Shown here in pieces: positions 43,044 through 52,982 of a stretch of DNA of 64,000 nt (within the stretch, counting starts at the first letter, position 1; every line of letters begins with the position of its first letter). Location: contig CANQBR010000002.1 in the NCBI GenBank assembly GCA_947589605.1, positions 7,361 to 71,360 of the forward strand, given 5' to 3'. This stretch comes from an uncultured Phascolarctobacterium sp. Its GTDB lineage: Bacteria > Bacillota > Negativicutes > Acidaminococcales > Acidaminococcaceae. The notes below the pieces were generated by a model that did not search any database, was not told the DNA's origin, and saw nothing but the letters and a program-made list of their open reading frames with translations. The position numbers and the translations under genes are program-made.

Positions 43044-45740
43044 ATGTTATGCGAAGAGTGTCATAAAAGACAGGCGATCTTACATCTCACCAGCATGAGC
43101 GCCGGTAAAGAGATAAGCAAGTGGCTGTGCGGCGAGTGTGCGAAAAAATATATCTCTTTCGACAAATTCGATCTTTCTTCCATGCCCAAGGAGTCTCGTG
43201 ATTTCTTCCTTAAAGTTTTGAATTACGGGCAAGAACAGCAGAAGGAAGAAAGATACAGCCCAGGTGCAGAAAGAGTGCTGCGGGAGGCCAGCGGCAAAGC
43301 CTACGATCTGGGCTCGGAGCACATCGGCACCGAGCACATCCTCTACGGCCTCATCACCGCCGGCTGCTTCGCCCAAACTTTGTTGAAAAAGCTGGGAGCG
43401 ACGGAGGCCATCGCAGCGGAGCTGGAGCAGTGGCTGGAAAAGGGCAGTCACAAAGGGGGAGTGCCGGCTTACAGTCCCCGGGCGAAAAAAACTTTGGAAG
43501 AGGCGGTGAAGAACGCCAGAAGGTTCCGCAGCGAGCGAGTTAGCAGCGTCAATATCTTGTTGGGCCTTTACATGGCCGGCGACGGTGCCGGCTACCAGAT
43601 CTTGCAGAAACTGGGCCTTACCATAGATCGCCTTAGCGAAGGCCTCAAAGAAATGTACGAGGAAAGCGGCGCAGCGGAGTTTTTTGCCAAAGCGGTGCCG
43701 GGAGGCAAGGTCAAATTGGGCGGGCCCGACGGCGAGGACGGCGACGGTTCCGCTTTGGAATTGTTGGCCGAGTTCGGGCGCAATCTCAATCAATTGGCTC
43801 AGGAGGGGAGCATCGACCCGGTCATCGGCAGAGAAAGAGAAGTGGAGAGGCTCATCCAGATCTTGGGCCGCCGCACCAAAAACAATCCGGTGCTGATAGG
43901 CGAAGCCGGCGTGGGCAAGACTGCTGTGGCCGAAGCCTTGGCTCAAAGATTGGTCAGCGGAGCCGTGCCCGATTATCTGCAGGGGAAGATCCTCCATACT
44001 TTGGAGATGGGCGTATTGGTGGCAGGCAGCAAGTATCGTGGCGAATTCGAAGAGCGGTTGGCCCGCATCCTCGACCTTTTGCGGGAAGATAGGCGGATCA
44101 TCCTCTTTGTGGACGAACTTCACACTTTAGTAGGCGCAGGTGCGGCCGAAGGCAGCATCGATGCGGCCAATATGATCAAACCGGCGCTGGCCCGCGGAGA
44201 ACTGCAGCTCATCGGTGCTACTACCGTGGAAGATTACCGCAAGCGGATAGAGCAGGACGCCGCTTTGGAAAGGCGTTTTCAAACGGTCACGGTGAAGGCG
44301 CCTACGGTGGAAGAATGTGTGCATATGCTGCAGGGCCTGCAGGATAAATATCAAAATTTTCACGGCCTCACCCTCACGAAGGAAGCTATACGGGCGGCGG
44401 CAGAACTCAGCGAACGTTATATCACCGACAGAAATCTGCCGGATAAGGCCATAGACGTTATGGACGAAGCCTGCGCCCGGCGCAAATTGATGCTTTACAA
44501 AGAAGATGAGCCGCTGCGCAAAGCCGAAGAGCAGTTGAGCAAAATGCAAAAGGAACGGGAAGCTGCCGTAAGAGAAAAAAATTACGAAGCGGCGGCCGAA
44601 CTGCGGGACAAAGAGGCAGAGTTGCAAAAAGAAAGAGAGCTCCTTTTGGCTCGGCCCGGCAGAGAAAAGATCGTAGATGCCGAGGGGGTGGCTCAGGTGG
44701 TGGCCTCCTGGACCGGCATACCTGTGCAAAAATTGAGCAGAGACGAAAGGCAGCGGCTGCTGCATTTGGAAGAACACCTGCATCGGCGGGTCATCGGGCA
44801 GGAGCAGGCAGTGACGGCTCTGGCCAAAGCGGTGCGTCGTGCTCGAGCAGGGTTCAAAGACGACAAGCGGCCTCAGGGCAGCTTCCTCTTCTTGGGCCCC
44901 ACCGGCGTGGGCAAAACAGAACTGGCCAAGGCTCTGGCAGCAGAGCTCTTCAATGACGAGCGGGCGTTGGTGCGTTTCGATATGTCCGAATATCGGGAGC
45001 GGCACACCACCGCACGGCTGATAGGTGCGCCTCCGGGCTACGTAGGCTACGGCGAGGGCGGCAAACTGACCGAAGCGGTACGGCGCCGGCCTTACTGCGT
45101 CATCCTTTTGGACGAGATAGAAAAGGCCCACACCGATGTTTTCAATCTTTTCCTGCAGATCATGGACGACGGCCGCCTCACCGACAGTCAAGGCCGCACT
45201 GTCGATTTCAAAAACACTATCATCATCATGACCAGCAATGCAGGAGCCCAGACCGTGGGCAGCGGTCAGGCACTGGGCTTTGCCGGCAGCCGCGAACAGG
45301 AAGCGGCAGGCCGCAGAGAGCGGCTGCTGAAAGAAGTGCGGCAGTTTTTCAAACCGGAATTTTTGAACCGCGTCGACGAGATCATAGTCTTCGACCCTCT
45401 GACCGAGGAGGAATTGCGCTCTATCTCTTCTCTCATGCTGCGGGAACTCAACGACAGATTGGTGCCTCAGGGGCTTACTCTGGAGCTGGCCCCGTCCGCT
45501 TTGGAACTGTGGCTGAAAGAAGGCCGAGATCCCCGTTACGGAGCCAGACCCTTGCGCAGAGCGCTCCGCAAATTGATAGAAGATCCTCTCAGCGACCTTT
45601 GCCTGGCGGGCAATTTCGCCAAAGGCGACAAGATCAGAGCAGAAGCGGCGGGGACGGTCCTCAGTTTTCACAAAGCAGTGGAGGGAGAGCATTTTTTGCT
45701 GGAAGTGCCGGTGGATAAGCTGGCCCTCTGCCGGGAGTGA
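43044..45740 (+). CDS. clpC: ATP-dependent Clp protease ATPase ClpC with an N-terminal McsA-like zinc-ribbon extension
   Basis: Two Clp_N repeats, AAA-1 ([10 protein letters not shown]), a UVR-type M-domain ([18 protein letters not shown]) and AAA-2 ([13 protein letters not shown]). The first ~40 aa are CEEC...CGEC. 898 aa. Confidence 0.9.
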   Translation: MLCEECHKRQAILHLTSMSAGKEISKWLCGECAKKYISFDKFDLSSMPKESRDFFLKVLNYGQEQQKEERYSPGAERVLREASGKAYDLGSEHIGTEHILYGLITAGCFAQTLLKKLGATEAIAAELEQWLEKGSHKGGVPAYSPRAKKTLEEAVKNARRFRSERVSSVNILLGLYMAGDGAGYQILQKLGLTIDRLSEGLKEMYEESGAAEFFAKAVPGGKVKLGGPDGEDGDGSALELLAEFGRNLNQLAQEGSIDPVIGREREVERLIQILGRRTKNNPVLIGEAGVGKTAVAEALAQRLVSGAVPDYLQGKILHTLEMGVLVAGSKYRGEFEERLARILDLLREDRRIILFVDELHTLVGAGAAEGSIDAANMIKPALARGELQLIGATTVEDYRKRIEQDAALERRFQTVTVKAPTVEECVHMLQGLQDKYQNFHGLTLTKEAIRAAAELSERYITDRNLPDKAIDVMDEACARRKLMLYKEDEPLRKAEEQLSKMQKEREAAVREKNYEAAAELRDKEAELQKERELLLARPGREKIVDAEGVAQVVASWTGIPVQKLSRDERQRLLHLEEHLHRRVIGQEQAVTALAKAVRRARAGFKDDKRPQGSFLFLGPTGVGKTELAKALAAELFNDERALVRFDMSEYRERHTTARLIGAPPGYVGYGEGGKLTEAVRRRPYCVILLDEIEKAHTDVFNLFLQIMDDGRLTDSQGRTVDFKNTIIIMTSNAGAQTVGSGQALGFAGSREQEAAGRRERLLKEVRQFFKPEFLNRVDEIIVFDPLTEEELRSISSLMLRELNDRLVPQGLTLELAPSALELWLKEGRDPRYGARPLRRALRKLIEDPLSDLCLAGNFAKGDKIRAEAAGTVLSFHKAVEGEHFLLEVPVDKLALCRE

Positions 45741-45743
45741 CTT

Positions 45744-47126
45744 ATGGTCAAGAGCAAATATCACTATGTATGTCAAAGTTGCGGCTACAGTTCCCCTAAA
45801 TGGCTGGGGCGCTGCCCGGAGTGCGGTGCTTGGGACAGTTTGACGGAAGAGGTACAGCCTCTTGCCGTCGCCAGCCGTTCTTATCTGCCTGCTGCTCAGG
45901 GTGTTTTGGAGCCGAAAAAATTGTCCGGCATCGCCCAACAGGAAGTGGGGCGTTTGAGCTCTGGCATCAGAGAACTGGACAGAGTGCTGGGAGGCGGTCT
46001 TGTGCGGGGCAGCTTGGTGCTGTTGGGAGGAAGCCCCGGCATCGGCAAGTCCACCATCCTTTTGGATGCAGCTCTTTGTTACAGCAAAAAAGGTCTGAAG
46101 CCCCTTTATGTGAGCGGAGAAGAATCGGAAGAGCAGACAGCTCTCAGAGCCAAACGTTTGGGCGGAGGGCAGGCAGAGCTGGCCATCCTCACCGCCACCG
46201 ATCTGAATGCCATTCTGCAAACGGCGCAAAAAATGAAGCCGGACATCCTCATCATCGATTCCATCCAGACCATGTATTGGCCTGCTCTTGCTGCGGGGGC
46301 CGGCAGCGTGGGGCAGGTGCGGGAGTGCACCGCTCAATTGCTGCAATTTGCCAAGACCACTAACATCGCCTGCTTATTGATCGGCCATGTCACTAAGGAC
46401 GGCACCATCGCCGGTCCCCGGCTTTTGGAGCACATGGTGGATGTGGTGCTGCAGTTCGACGGCGACCGTTCTTATAACTTCCGCATTTTGCGAGCTTTGA
46501 AGAATCGTTTCGGCAGCACCCGAGAGAGCGGCATCTTTTCTATGGAAGCAGGCGGCCTCGCAGAGGTGGCCAATCCTGCCGGACTTTTTTTGGAAAACAG
46601 GCGGGAAGGAGTTTCGGGCAGCACCATCGGCGCTCTTTTGGAAGGGAACCGCCCCATTTTGGCCGAGTTCCAAGCGCTCTTGGCCAAGACTCCTTACGGT
46701 CTGCCCCGGCGGACGGCAGTGGGCTTCGATTATAACAGAGTCAATCTGCTCATAGCCGTGTTGGAGCGGCACTTGAATTTGGATCTGGGCAGCTACGACG
46801 CTTACGTGAACGTAGTGGGCGGGCTGAAAGCGGCAGAACCGGCGGCGGACCTGCCGGTGGCAGCGGCCTTGGTCTCCAGTTATCGCGGCAAGAGCCTGCC
46901 GGCCCTCACTCTTCTCTTCGGAGAAGTGGGGCTGACGGGAGAAGTGAGGAAGGTGGCTGAACCGGAGCGGCGTATCTTAGAAGCTTATGCTTTGGGTTTT
47001 CGCAATTTCATCGTGCCTAAAGGAAGGCTGCAGATGAGAAGAGAGCAGGTTGCTGAAGCTCGCATCTATCAGGCCGGCACTTTGGCCGAAGCCATAGGGG
47101 CCGCTTTGGGTAGCAAAGACAAGTGA
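45744..47126 (+). CDS. radA: DNA repair protein RadA/Sms
   Basis: Zn finger CQSCGYSSPKWLGRCPECGAW, GGSPGIGKST, the KNRFG motif (LKNRFGST) and a Lon-like C-domain. Confidence 0.93.
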   Translation: MVKSKYHYVCQSCGYSSPKWLGRCPECGAWDSLTEEVQPLAVASRSYLPAAQGVLEPKKLSGIAQQEVGRLSSGIRELDRVLGGGLVRGSLVLLGGSPGIGKSTILLDAALCYSKKGLKPLYVSGEESEEQTALRAKRLGGGQAELAILTATDLNAILQTAQKMKPDILIIDSIQTMYWPALAAGAGSVGQVRECTAQLLQFAKTTNIACLLIGHVTKDGTIAGPRLLEHMVDVVLQFDGDRSYNFRILRALKNRFGSTRESGIFSMEAGGLAEVANPAGLFLENRREGVSGSTIGALLEGNRPILAEFQALLAKTPYGLPRRTAVGFDYNRVNLLIAVLERHLNLDLGSYDAYVNVVGGLKAAEPAADLPVAAALVSSYRGKSLPALTLLFGEVGLTGEVRKVAEPERRILEAYALGFRNFIVPKGRLQMRREQVAEARIYQAGTLAEAIGAALGSKDK

Positions 47127-47212
47127 GCCGATGAGTTCTAAGCACAGAGCAAAATAAAAAAAGTCAAACCTTGCGATCTATATAAATCAAATGCAAAAAG
47201 GAGTGAAGAACA

Positions 47213-47989
47213 GTGGAAACTGCCGTGTTGTATCAAGTCGAAAAAGGCATAGCCACTATCACCTTGAACCGGCCGCAAAGCCTGAACAGCATGAATAAGG
47301 AGCTGATCGACGGCCTCCATGAGGCCTTGGACAAGGTGGAGAAAGACGAGGCGGTGCGCTGCGTCGTGCTGACCGGTGCCGGCAAGGGCTTTTGCGCCGG
47401 CGGCGACTTGGGCTACCTGAACAGTTTGGAAGGAGCCGCAGAGAAAAAAGCCTTCATCGCCCGGGTGGGTGCGGTGGCAAAACGTATCACTGCTATAGCC
47501 AAGCCCTTCATCTGTATGGTGAACGGCGTGGCTGCCGGTGCGGGCGTGAATTTGATGCTGGCCTGCGATCTCACCTATGCGACGGCAAAGGCCCGTTTCG
47601 GTCAAGCCTTCGTCAACGTAGCTCTCATCCCCGACTGCGGCGGTCTCTACTTTTTGCCGAAGGCCGTGGGGGTGCATCGGGCCAAAGAATTGATGTTCAC
47701 CGCCGATCTCATCGATGCGGCCGCAGCGGAAAGATACGGTATGCTGAACCATGTCTGCGCTCCGGAAAATTTGCAGCAGGAAGTTTACGCTATGGCGGAA
47801 AAATTGGCGGCTAAGGCACCGCTGGCCTTGGGCCTCATCAAACGCTATCTGAGCGACGAAGGGCTCACGTTGGATCAGGTGCTGGCGATAGAAGAGACTA
47901 CGCAGCCTCTCTTGATGGGCACCGCCGACTGCAAAGAAGGCATCGCCGCCTTTCAAGAAAAAAGGCCGCCTAAATTCAGCGGCAAATAA
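47213..47989 (+). CDS. enoyl-CoA hydratase/isomerase (crotonase family)
   Basis: ITLNRPQSLNSMN, GAGKGFCAGGDL, CMVNGVAAGAGVNLMLACD, EGIAAFQEKRPPKF. GTG start with AAGGAG. Confidence 0.88.
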   Translation: METAVLYQVEKGIATITLNRPQSLNSMNKELIDGLHEALDKVEKDEAVRCVVLTGAGKGFCAGGDLGYLNSLEGAAEKKAFIARVGAVAKRITAIAKPFICMVNGVAAGAGVNLMLACDLTYATAKARFGQAFVNVALIPDCGGLYFLPKAVGVHRAKELMFTADLIDAAAAERYGMLNHVCAPENLQQEVYAMAEKLAAKAPLALGLIKRYLSDEGLTLDQVLAIEETTQPLLMGTADCKEGIAAFQEKRPPKFSGK

Positions 47990-48048
47990 AAAGCGTTCTT
48001 TGGCAAGCATAAGCTCAAACAAAAGAAACTTAAAGAGAGCAACAAAAG

Positions 48049-48077
48049 ACGCCTCGCAGAAAGCGGGGCGTTTTTTC
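48049..48077 (+). terminator. rho-independent terminator
   Basis: ACGCCTCGC-agaaa-GCGGGGCGT (one G-U pair) followed by TTTTTT. Confidence 0.75.
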
Positions 48078-48110
48078 ATGCGGAGATCGAAATTTTATCG
48101 CAAAAAATTT

Positions 48111-48425
48111 TTAAAGTTCGTTTTGTTCTTGCCCGCGGCTCGCGGTGCTCAAGGCCGCAAGCAAAGCGTCGCTGCCCGGGTCGTGAGCGGCGAAAACTTT
48201 TTTAAAGGCGGAAAAATTTTTATATTCGGCGAACCAGAGGAAGGCGCCGTCCTCATCATAGCAGGCCGCGATGAGGGGGCTCTTTTCGTCGACGGGGGTG
48301 CGGCCCTCGGCATCGGTGACTTCGATGTAGCAATTCGCAAAATCCATGGTGTAAACGGGGATGTTTTCTTCGGGCGTGGCTTCTTGGGCCAGCCCCAGTT
48401 CGGCAAAAAGATCTTCGTTGAGCAT
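48111..48425 (-). CDS. hypothetical acidic protein (104 aa)
   Basis: ATG 48425 with AAGGAG 7 nt upstream. The upstream part of the track ORF lacks coding character. Confidence 0.55.
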   Translation of the reverse strand: MLNEDLFAELGLAQEATPEENIPVYTMDFANCYIEVTDAEGRTPVDEKSPLIAACYDEDGAFLWFAEYKNFSAFKKVFAAHDPGSDALLAALSTASRGQEQNEL

Positions 48426-48573
48426 GGCAGACTCCTTTCTTGCTTTTATCATAAGCCTTGAGGGGGCGTTTGTAAAGAGCGGGGCCGGCAGTCTTGACCG
48501 AAAGCGTGAAAGTAGTATATTATTAAAAGCAAAGAAGAGAGACTGCCTTCGGCAGTGAAGAAAGGGTGATAAC

Positions 48574-49197
48574 ATGGGCAAGAAGTTGCTTTTTGCGCTG
48601 CTGATGCTGATCGGCCTGCTGCCGATGAGCGGTGCCTTCGCCGGGGTGAACAGCAGCGGCCTCACAATTTCCACAGATTATGTGGCGAAAAAAGAAACTG
48701 TGCACTGCACCAGAGGCGAGATCACCGCCGTCAACGGCAGCTTGATCACTGTCAGCGGCACGGGCTATTACGATGAAGTGACCGTTTTGCTCCGCTCCCG
48801 CACTTATGTGGTGAAGGCAGAAGACGGCAGCAAGTTGGAGAAAAGCGAATTGCAGGTGGGAGACAGCGTGGCCGCTTACTACGGCGAGAAGGCCAGCCGC
48901 AGCTTGCCGCCTCAGGTGCAGGGCGCAGCCCTCATCGTCGGCGAAGCTAAGCTTGGCCATTGCTTCTTCTTCCCCGTGGCCAAGGTGAGATTGGAAAAAG
49001 ACAAAGCCAGCAAGGGCAGTTATGCTGTCATCACCAATCAAAGCGGCGATCTGATCGCCACGGTGACGGAGTTCGCCTGTGCCGATTACGACGAGATCGA
49101 AGTGGGCGACAATTTATTGCTGTGGTGCGACCTCATCAGCTTGAGCCTGCCGGCCAGGACCAATGCATCCAAGGTCGTGGTGCTGCCGGACAAATAA
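48574..49197 (+). CDS. secreted hypothetical protein
   Basis: Signal peptide MGKKLLFALLMLIGLLPMSGAFA. No motif recognised. Confidence 0.6.
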   Translation: MGKKLLFALLMLIGLLPMSGAFAGVNSSGLTISTDYVAKKETVHCTRGEITAVNGSLITVSGTGYYDEVTVLLRSRTYVVKAEDGSKLEKSELQVGDSVAAYYGEKASRSLPPQVQGAALIVGEAKLGHCFFFPVAKVRLEKDKASKGSYAVITNQSGDLIATVTEFACADYDEIEVGDNLLLWCDLISLSLPARTNASKVVVLPDK

Positions 49198-49209
49198 AGG
49201 AGGAAAAAG

Positions 49210-49857
49210 ATGAAGATCTTCATGGATACGGCCGATGTGGCGGAGTTGGCCGCTTATGTGAACTGGGGCGTCGTGTGGGGCGTCACCACCAATCCCAGCC
49301 TTATCGCCAAGACCGGGCGGCCTCAGGAAGAGGTGATCCCTAAGATCGCCGCTCTCGTTTCGGGGCCGGTGTCTGCCGAAGTGATCAGCACCGACGCAGC
49401 CGGTATGGTACGGGAAGCAAAAGAACTGGCCGCCATCGCTCCCAATGTGGTCATCAAGATACCCTGCACATCCGATGGGCTGCGGGCCACCAAAGAGCTG
49501 GCCTATTTGGGCATCGCCACCAATGTGACGCTGATCTTCAGCCTTTCTCAGGCCATGCTGGCGGCTCGGGCCGGGGCAACGTACGTGAGCCCCTTCATCG
49601 GCCGCTTGGACGACATCGGTGAAGACGGAGTGAAATTGGTAGCCGACATCGTACAGGCTTTCAAACTTTATCAGATAGAGACCCAGGTGATAGCCGCTTC
49701 CATTCGCAGCGTGAAGCATGTGGAGGAAGTGATGCTCACCGGTTGCCACATCGCTACCATCCCCACCAAGGTGCTGGCCCAGATGATCAAGCACGACCTT
49801 ACCGATAAGGGCTTGGCCGCCTTCATCGCCGATTACGAAAAGAGCAAAAAGGCATGA
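49210..49857 (+). CDS. fructose-6-phosphate aldolase / short transaldolase (TalC/Fsa family)
   Basis: MKIFMDTADV...GVTTNPSL...VIKIPCT (Schiff-base Lys)...ATNVTLIFS...YVSPFIGRLDDIG. Confidence 0.9.
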   Translation: MKIFMDTADVAELAAYVNWGVVWGVTTNPSLIAKTGRPQEEVIPKIAALVSGPVSAEVISTDAAGMVREAKELAAIAPNVVIKIPCTSDGLRATKELAYLGIATNVTLIFSLSQAMLAARAGATYVSPFIGRLDDIGEDGVKLVADIVQAFKLYQIETQVIAASIRSVKHVEEVMLTGCHIATIPTKVLAQMIKHDLTDKGLAAFIADYEKSKKA

Positions 49858-50969
49858 GAGCGAAGTTTATCGTCTATTTTGCTCTCGCTCTCGCCGCTTT
49901 GGCCCTGCCCGCCGCCGCAGAACAGGTGCTGCTCACTCCGAAAGACGAGAAATTCATCACCGTGGAAACGGAGAAGCGGGAGGGGGGCCCGGTGTTGCTT
50001 TTTTCGGACAGCCCCGAAGAAGTTTTTAAAGACGGCCTTCTCTACCGCGACCGAGTGGTGGGGCACAACCGTCTTTTCTTTCATCATGTGAATGCCACGG
50101 GCAGCGACGGGAAAAAACTGGCTGTGCTTTTGGAAAATACCGACGACTTGCACCCGGTGGCCTTTCAGGTGGAGCGCTCCGGCGTGGGAGATTCTTCCTA
50201 TAATTATCTTTTCGAAGGCAAACAGGGACAGTGGCGCTATTTTTCCGAAGACTATCAAAAGAACGCTCCTCTGCCTGCCGGGAAGTTGGGCTTCGGCCGC
50301 TGGACGGAACTGCTGACGGGGAGAGGCTTTCTTTTGGACGACAAAAAGCTCCTCAGCGGCATGATCGATTTTTACACCGAAAGACCGCTGCGCCTGACAG
50401 TGTTATTGTGCGACGAGAAAAATTTTCTCGACCTTTTCAGCAAAAACGCCGCCATGCAGCCCATGGACTCTCACCCTCTGCGGGGCACCTTCCCGGCCGC
50501 AGACATCGAATATAAGGTGAAGAAGCCTATCGTTTTCGCCGACGAGCAAACGGCCGACTTTGCACTGAAAATGGCAAGCGGCGGCGAAGGCTTCGAGGAG
50601 GGCACCGATGCCACCACCGGCCTCGATGCCGTGAATTACGGCAATTACGGCGTGATCTATACGGTGCGCTTTGCGATCGAGAACGACGACCCGGTGAGCT
50701 TGCAGTTCAACCCTATGGGCGGCGAGTTCGCCGGCTGGGGCCTTTTGCGCAAAGAGGGCGGCAAAGAGCAGATCATCGCTTTGCCGGCCGACCAGCTCTC
50801 TTTGGGCATAACGGAGGAAGAGACCATCGAAGTGGCGAGTCTGAGCAAAGGCCGTTATACTTTCGTGTGGTCGCCCCCCGGAGCCAGCAACGTGCCGGTG
50901 CGCCTCATCTGGCGGGCCCGCCGGCCCGACAGCTTTTCGGTGAGGTTGGAAAAGAAAATGAAAAGATAA
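49854..50969 (+). CDS. secreted hypothetical protein (371 aa)
   Basis: ATGA overlap with the aldolase stop. Signal peptide FALALAALALPAAAEQ. No motif recognised. Confidence 0.6.
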   Translation: MRAKFIVYFALALAALALPAAAEQVLLTPKDEKFITVETEKREGGPVLLFSDSPEEVFKDGLLYRDRVVGHNRLFFHHVNATGSDGKKLAVLLENTDDLHPVAFQVERSGVGDSSYNYLFEGKQGQWRYFSEDYQKNAPLPAGKLGFGRWTELLTGRGFLLDDKKLLSGMIDFYTERPLRLTVLLCDEKNFLDLFSKNAAMQPMDSHPLRGTFPAADIEYKVKKPIVFADEQTADFALKMASGGEGFEEGTDATTGLDAVNYGNYGVIYTVRFAIENDDPVSLQFNPMGGEFAGWGLLRKEGGKEQIIALPADQLSLGITEEETIEVASLSKGRYTFVWSPPGASNVPVRLIWRARRPDSFSVRLEKKMKR

Positions 50970-51001
50970 GAGCTCCTTTACAAAAACGGAAAATGAAAAA
51001 C

Positions 51002-51041
51002 GGCCCGGCCTTCTCTTTAAGGGAAAGTGCGGGCCTTTTTT
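51002..51041 (+). terminator. probable rho-independent terminator
   Basis: GGCCCG - 22 nt - CGGGCC followed by TTTTTT. Confidence 0.5.
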
Positions 51042-51141
51042 ACGGGGCCGGGACGGCGAGATCTTTGTGAAAAAACAAAAAGCCTTTCGCGCACGGCAAA
51101 GCAGCGTATACTTTTTCCATAAAATATATTTTGAAAATGAG

Positions 51142-51171
51142 TAGACAAAGCAATAGGCTATAATGTATAAT
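51142..51171 (+). promoter_or_regulatory. possible promoter of the gdh gene, with tandem TATAAT hexamers
   Basis: TAGACA - 18 nt - TATAAT (51166-51171). A second TATAAT lies at 51159-51164. Confidence 0.35.
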
Positions 51172-51272
51172 GTATACAGGCACAAGCTTTAAGAATTTTT
51201 TGCGGGAGCCGAGGCGGCGAAGACGGCGTATCGGACTTTCGCGGCAATGGAAATACACATAGGAGGAAGATC

Positions 51273-52511
51273 ATGAACATTTTCGAAATGGCGCAGATCC
51301 CTTTCAATCAAGCTGTTGAGGCTATGAAATTGGACCAGGGCGTGCGGGACATCATCGCCAACCCGGAGCGCACTCTGGAAGTATCCATCCCCGTGAACAT
51401 GGACGACGGCAGCGTGAAAGTTTTCACCGGCTACCGCAGCCAGCACAGCACCATCCTCGGCCCTGCCAAGGGCGGCGTTCGCTATCATCAGAACGTTTCT
51501 ATGGATGAAGTGAAAACTTTGGCCTTCTGGATGACCTGCAAGTGCGCCGTGGCCGGCCTGCCTTACGGCGGCGGCAAGGGCGGCATCATCGTCGATCCTT
51601 CCAAGCTGTCCTTAAGAGAGAAGGAAGCCCTCACCCGCGGCTTCATCGACAAGATCGCTCCCATCATCGGCGAGAAGAAAGACATCCCCGCTCCCGACAT
51701 GAACACCAATGCTCAGGTGATGGGCTGGATGATGGACGAATACAGCAAGCTCACCGGTCAATACGAGCCCGGCTTCATCACCGGCAAGGCGATCATCGTG
51801 GGCGGCTCCTTGGGCCGCACCGCCGCCACCGGCAGAGGCGTGGTCGTAGCCGCTCTGGAAGCTTTGAAGTTGAAAGGCATCGCTCCCGCCGAGGCTACCG
51901 CTGCCGTTCAGGGCTTCGGCAACGTAGGCAGTTGGACCGCCAAACTTTTCTGCGACGAGGGCGTGAAAGTGGTGGCCCTCAGCGACATCAACGGCGCCAT
52001 CTACAACGCCGACGGCTTCGATTGCTACAAAGTAGACGAATACGTGCAGAAGACCGGCTCTGTTGTGGGCTACCCCGGCAGCAAAGAGATCAGCAACGCC
52101 GAATTGCTGTCCCTGCCGGTAACGGTGCTGGCACCCTGCGCTATGGAGCTGCAGATCACTGCCGAGAATGCGGATAAAGTTCAGGCTCAGATCATCTCCG
52201 AAGGCGCCAACGGACCTACCACCCCCGAGGCCGATGAGATCTTGGCCAAAAAGGGCGTGCTCGTCGTTCCCGACATTCTGGCCAACGGCGGCGGCGTGAC
52301 CGTATCCTATTTCGAGTGGGTACAGAACCTCTACCGTTACTTCTGGAGCGAAGAAGATGTTATCGAGCGCCAGAACGCTTTAATGCGCTCCGCTTTCAAA
52401 GAAGTGGTGGCCGCAGCCGAAAAATACGGCGTGCACATGCGGGTGGCCGCTTATATCGTGGCTCTCAGCAGGCTGATCGAAGCCATGAAGATCAGAGGCA
52501 TCATCCATTAA
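51273..52511 (+). CDS. gdh: glutamate dehydrogenase (Glu/Leu/Phe/Val dehydrogenase family)
   Basis: GPAKGGVRYH (catalytic Lys), LPYGGGKGGI, GFGNVGS Rossmann motif. RBS AGGAGGAAG. Confidence 0.93.
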   Translation: MNIFEMAQIPFNQAVEAMKLDQGVRDIIANPERTLEVSIPVNMDDGSVKVFTGYRSQHSTILGPAKGGVRYHQNVSMDEVKTLAFWMTCKCAVAGLPYGGGKGGIIVDPSKLSLREKEALTRGFIDKIAPIIGEKKDIPAPDMNTNAQVMGWMMDEYSKLTGQYEPGFITGKAIIVGGSLGRTAATGRGVVVAALEALKLKGIAPAEATAAVQGFGNVGSWTAKLFCDEGVKVVALSDINGAIYNADGFDCYKVDEYVQKTGSVVGYPGSKEISNAELLSLPVTVLAPCAMELQITAENADKVQAQIISEGANGPTTPEADEILAKKGVLVVPDILANGGGVTVSYFEWVQNLYRYFWSEEDVIERQNALMRSAFKEVVAAAEKYGVHMRVAAYIVALSRLIEAMKIRGIIH

Positions 52512-52543
52512 AGCAAAAGTTTTGAGCAGATCCTTTACGAGAG

Positions 52544-52568
52544 GGGCGCCGCAAGGCGCCCTTCTGTT
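52544..52568 (+). terminator. rho-independent terminator after gdh
   Basis: GGGCGCC-gcaa-GGCGCCC followed by TTCTGTT. Confidence 0.65.
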
Positions 52569-52572
52569 AGTG

Positions 52573-52600
52573 TGGAGAGTGGAGAGTGGAGTGTGGAGTT
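52573..52600. repeat. heptamer tandem repeat TGGAG(A/T)(G/T) x4
   Basis: tggagag tggagag tggagtg tggagtt, read directly. Confidence 0.85.
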
Positions 52601-52649
52601 TAGGGTGTGCTCAATGCATATCGCCGGTCACTGAGCTCCGTCCCGCAGG

Positions 52650-52795
52650 CGCTTCCTCAGCAGAATTTTTTAAATAGGCTGAAAGTTCAAGAGGAAGGGC
52701 TTCCTCAGCACAGCCATATAAATCAGCTGAGTGTACAAGAGCCGGGCTCCCTCAGCAGGGTCATCTAAAACATTTGGATGTGCAAGAGGGAGGAG
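52650..52795. repeat. three degenerate ~47-48-nt tandem units, each starting CT(T/C)CCTCAGCA and ending CAAGAG(G/C)..GG
   Basis: Unit starts at 52652, 52700 and 52747. Units 1 and 3 can fold (CTTCCTC...GAGGAAG; CTCCCTC...GAGGGAG). A weaker fourth unit may lie at 52607-52649. Confidence 0.7.
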
Positions 52796-52982
52796 TGTGG
52801 AGTTGGGTGCTTCTTATATATGAAGAAAAAAGAGGACGCCGCCTTTCTGTTTTTCGAAGCGATAGCTTCGGGGCAGGCCTGCTTATGCGGAAAAAATATT
52901 TTACAAAGAAGGACGGCAAAGGTAAAATTAGAACAACGAAAAGGCAGAAGAGCGCAGCTTTCTGCCCGAAGGAGGGAAGATC

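Noticed and set aside
44127-46346. A 739-aa ORF on the minus strand, the longest unexplained ORF in the track.
   Set aside because: It is entirely antisense to clpC and radA, which have unambiguous motifs. The translation is Arg/Pro/Gly/Ala/Leu/His-rich with no motifs or RBS. This is a typical high-GC antisense artefact.
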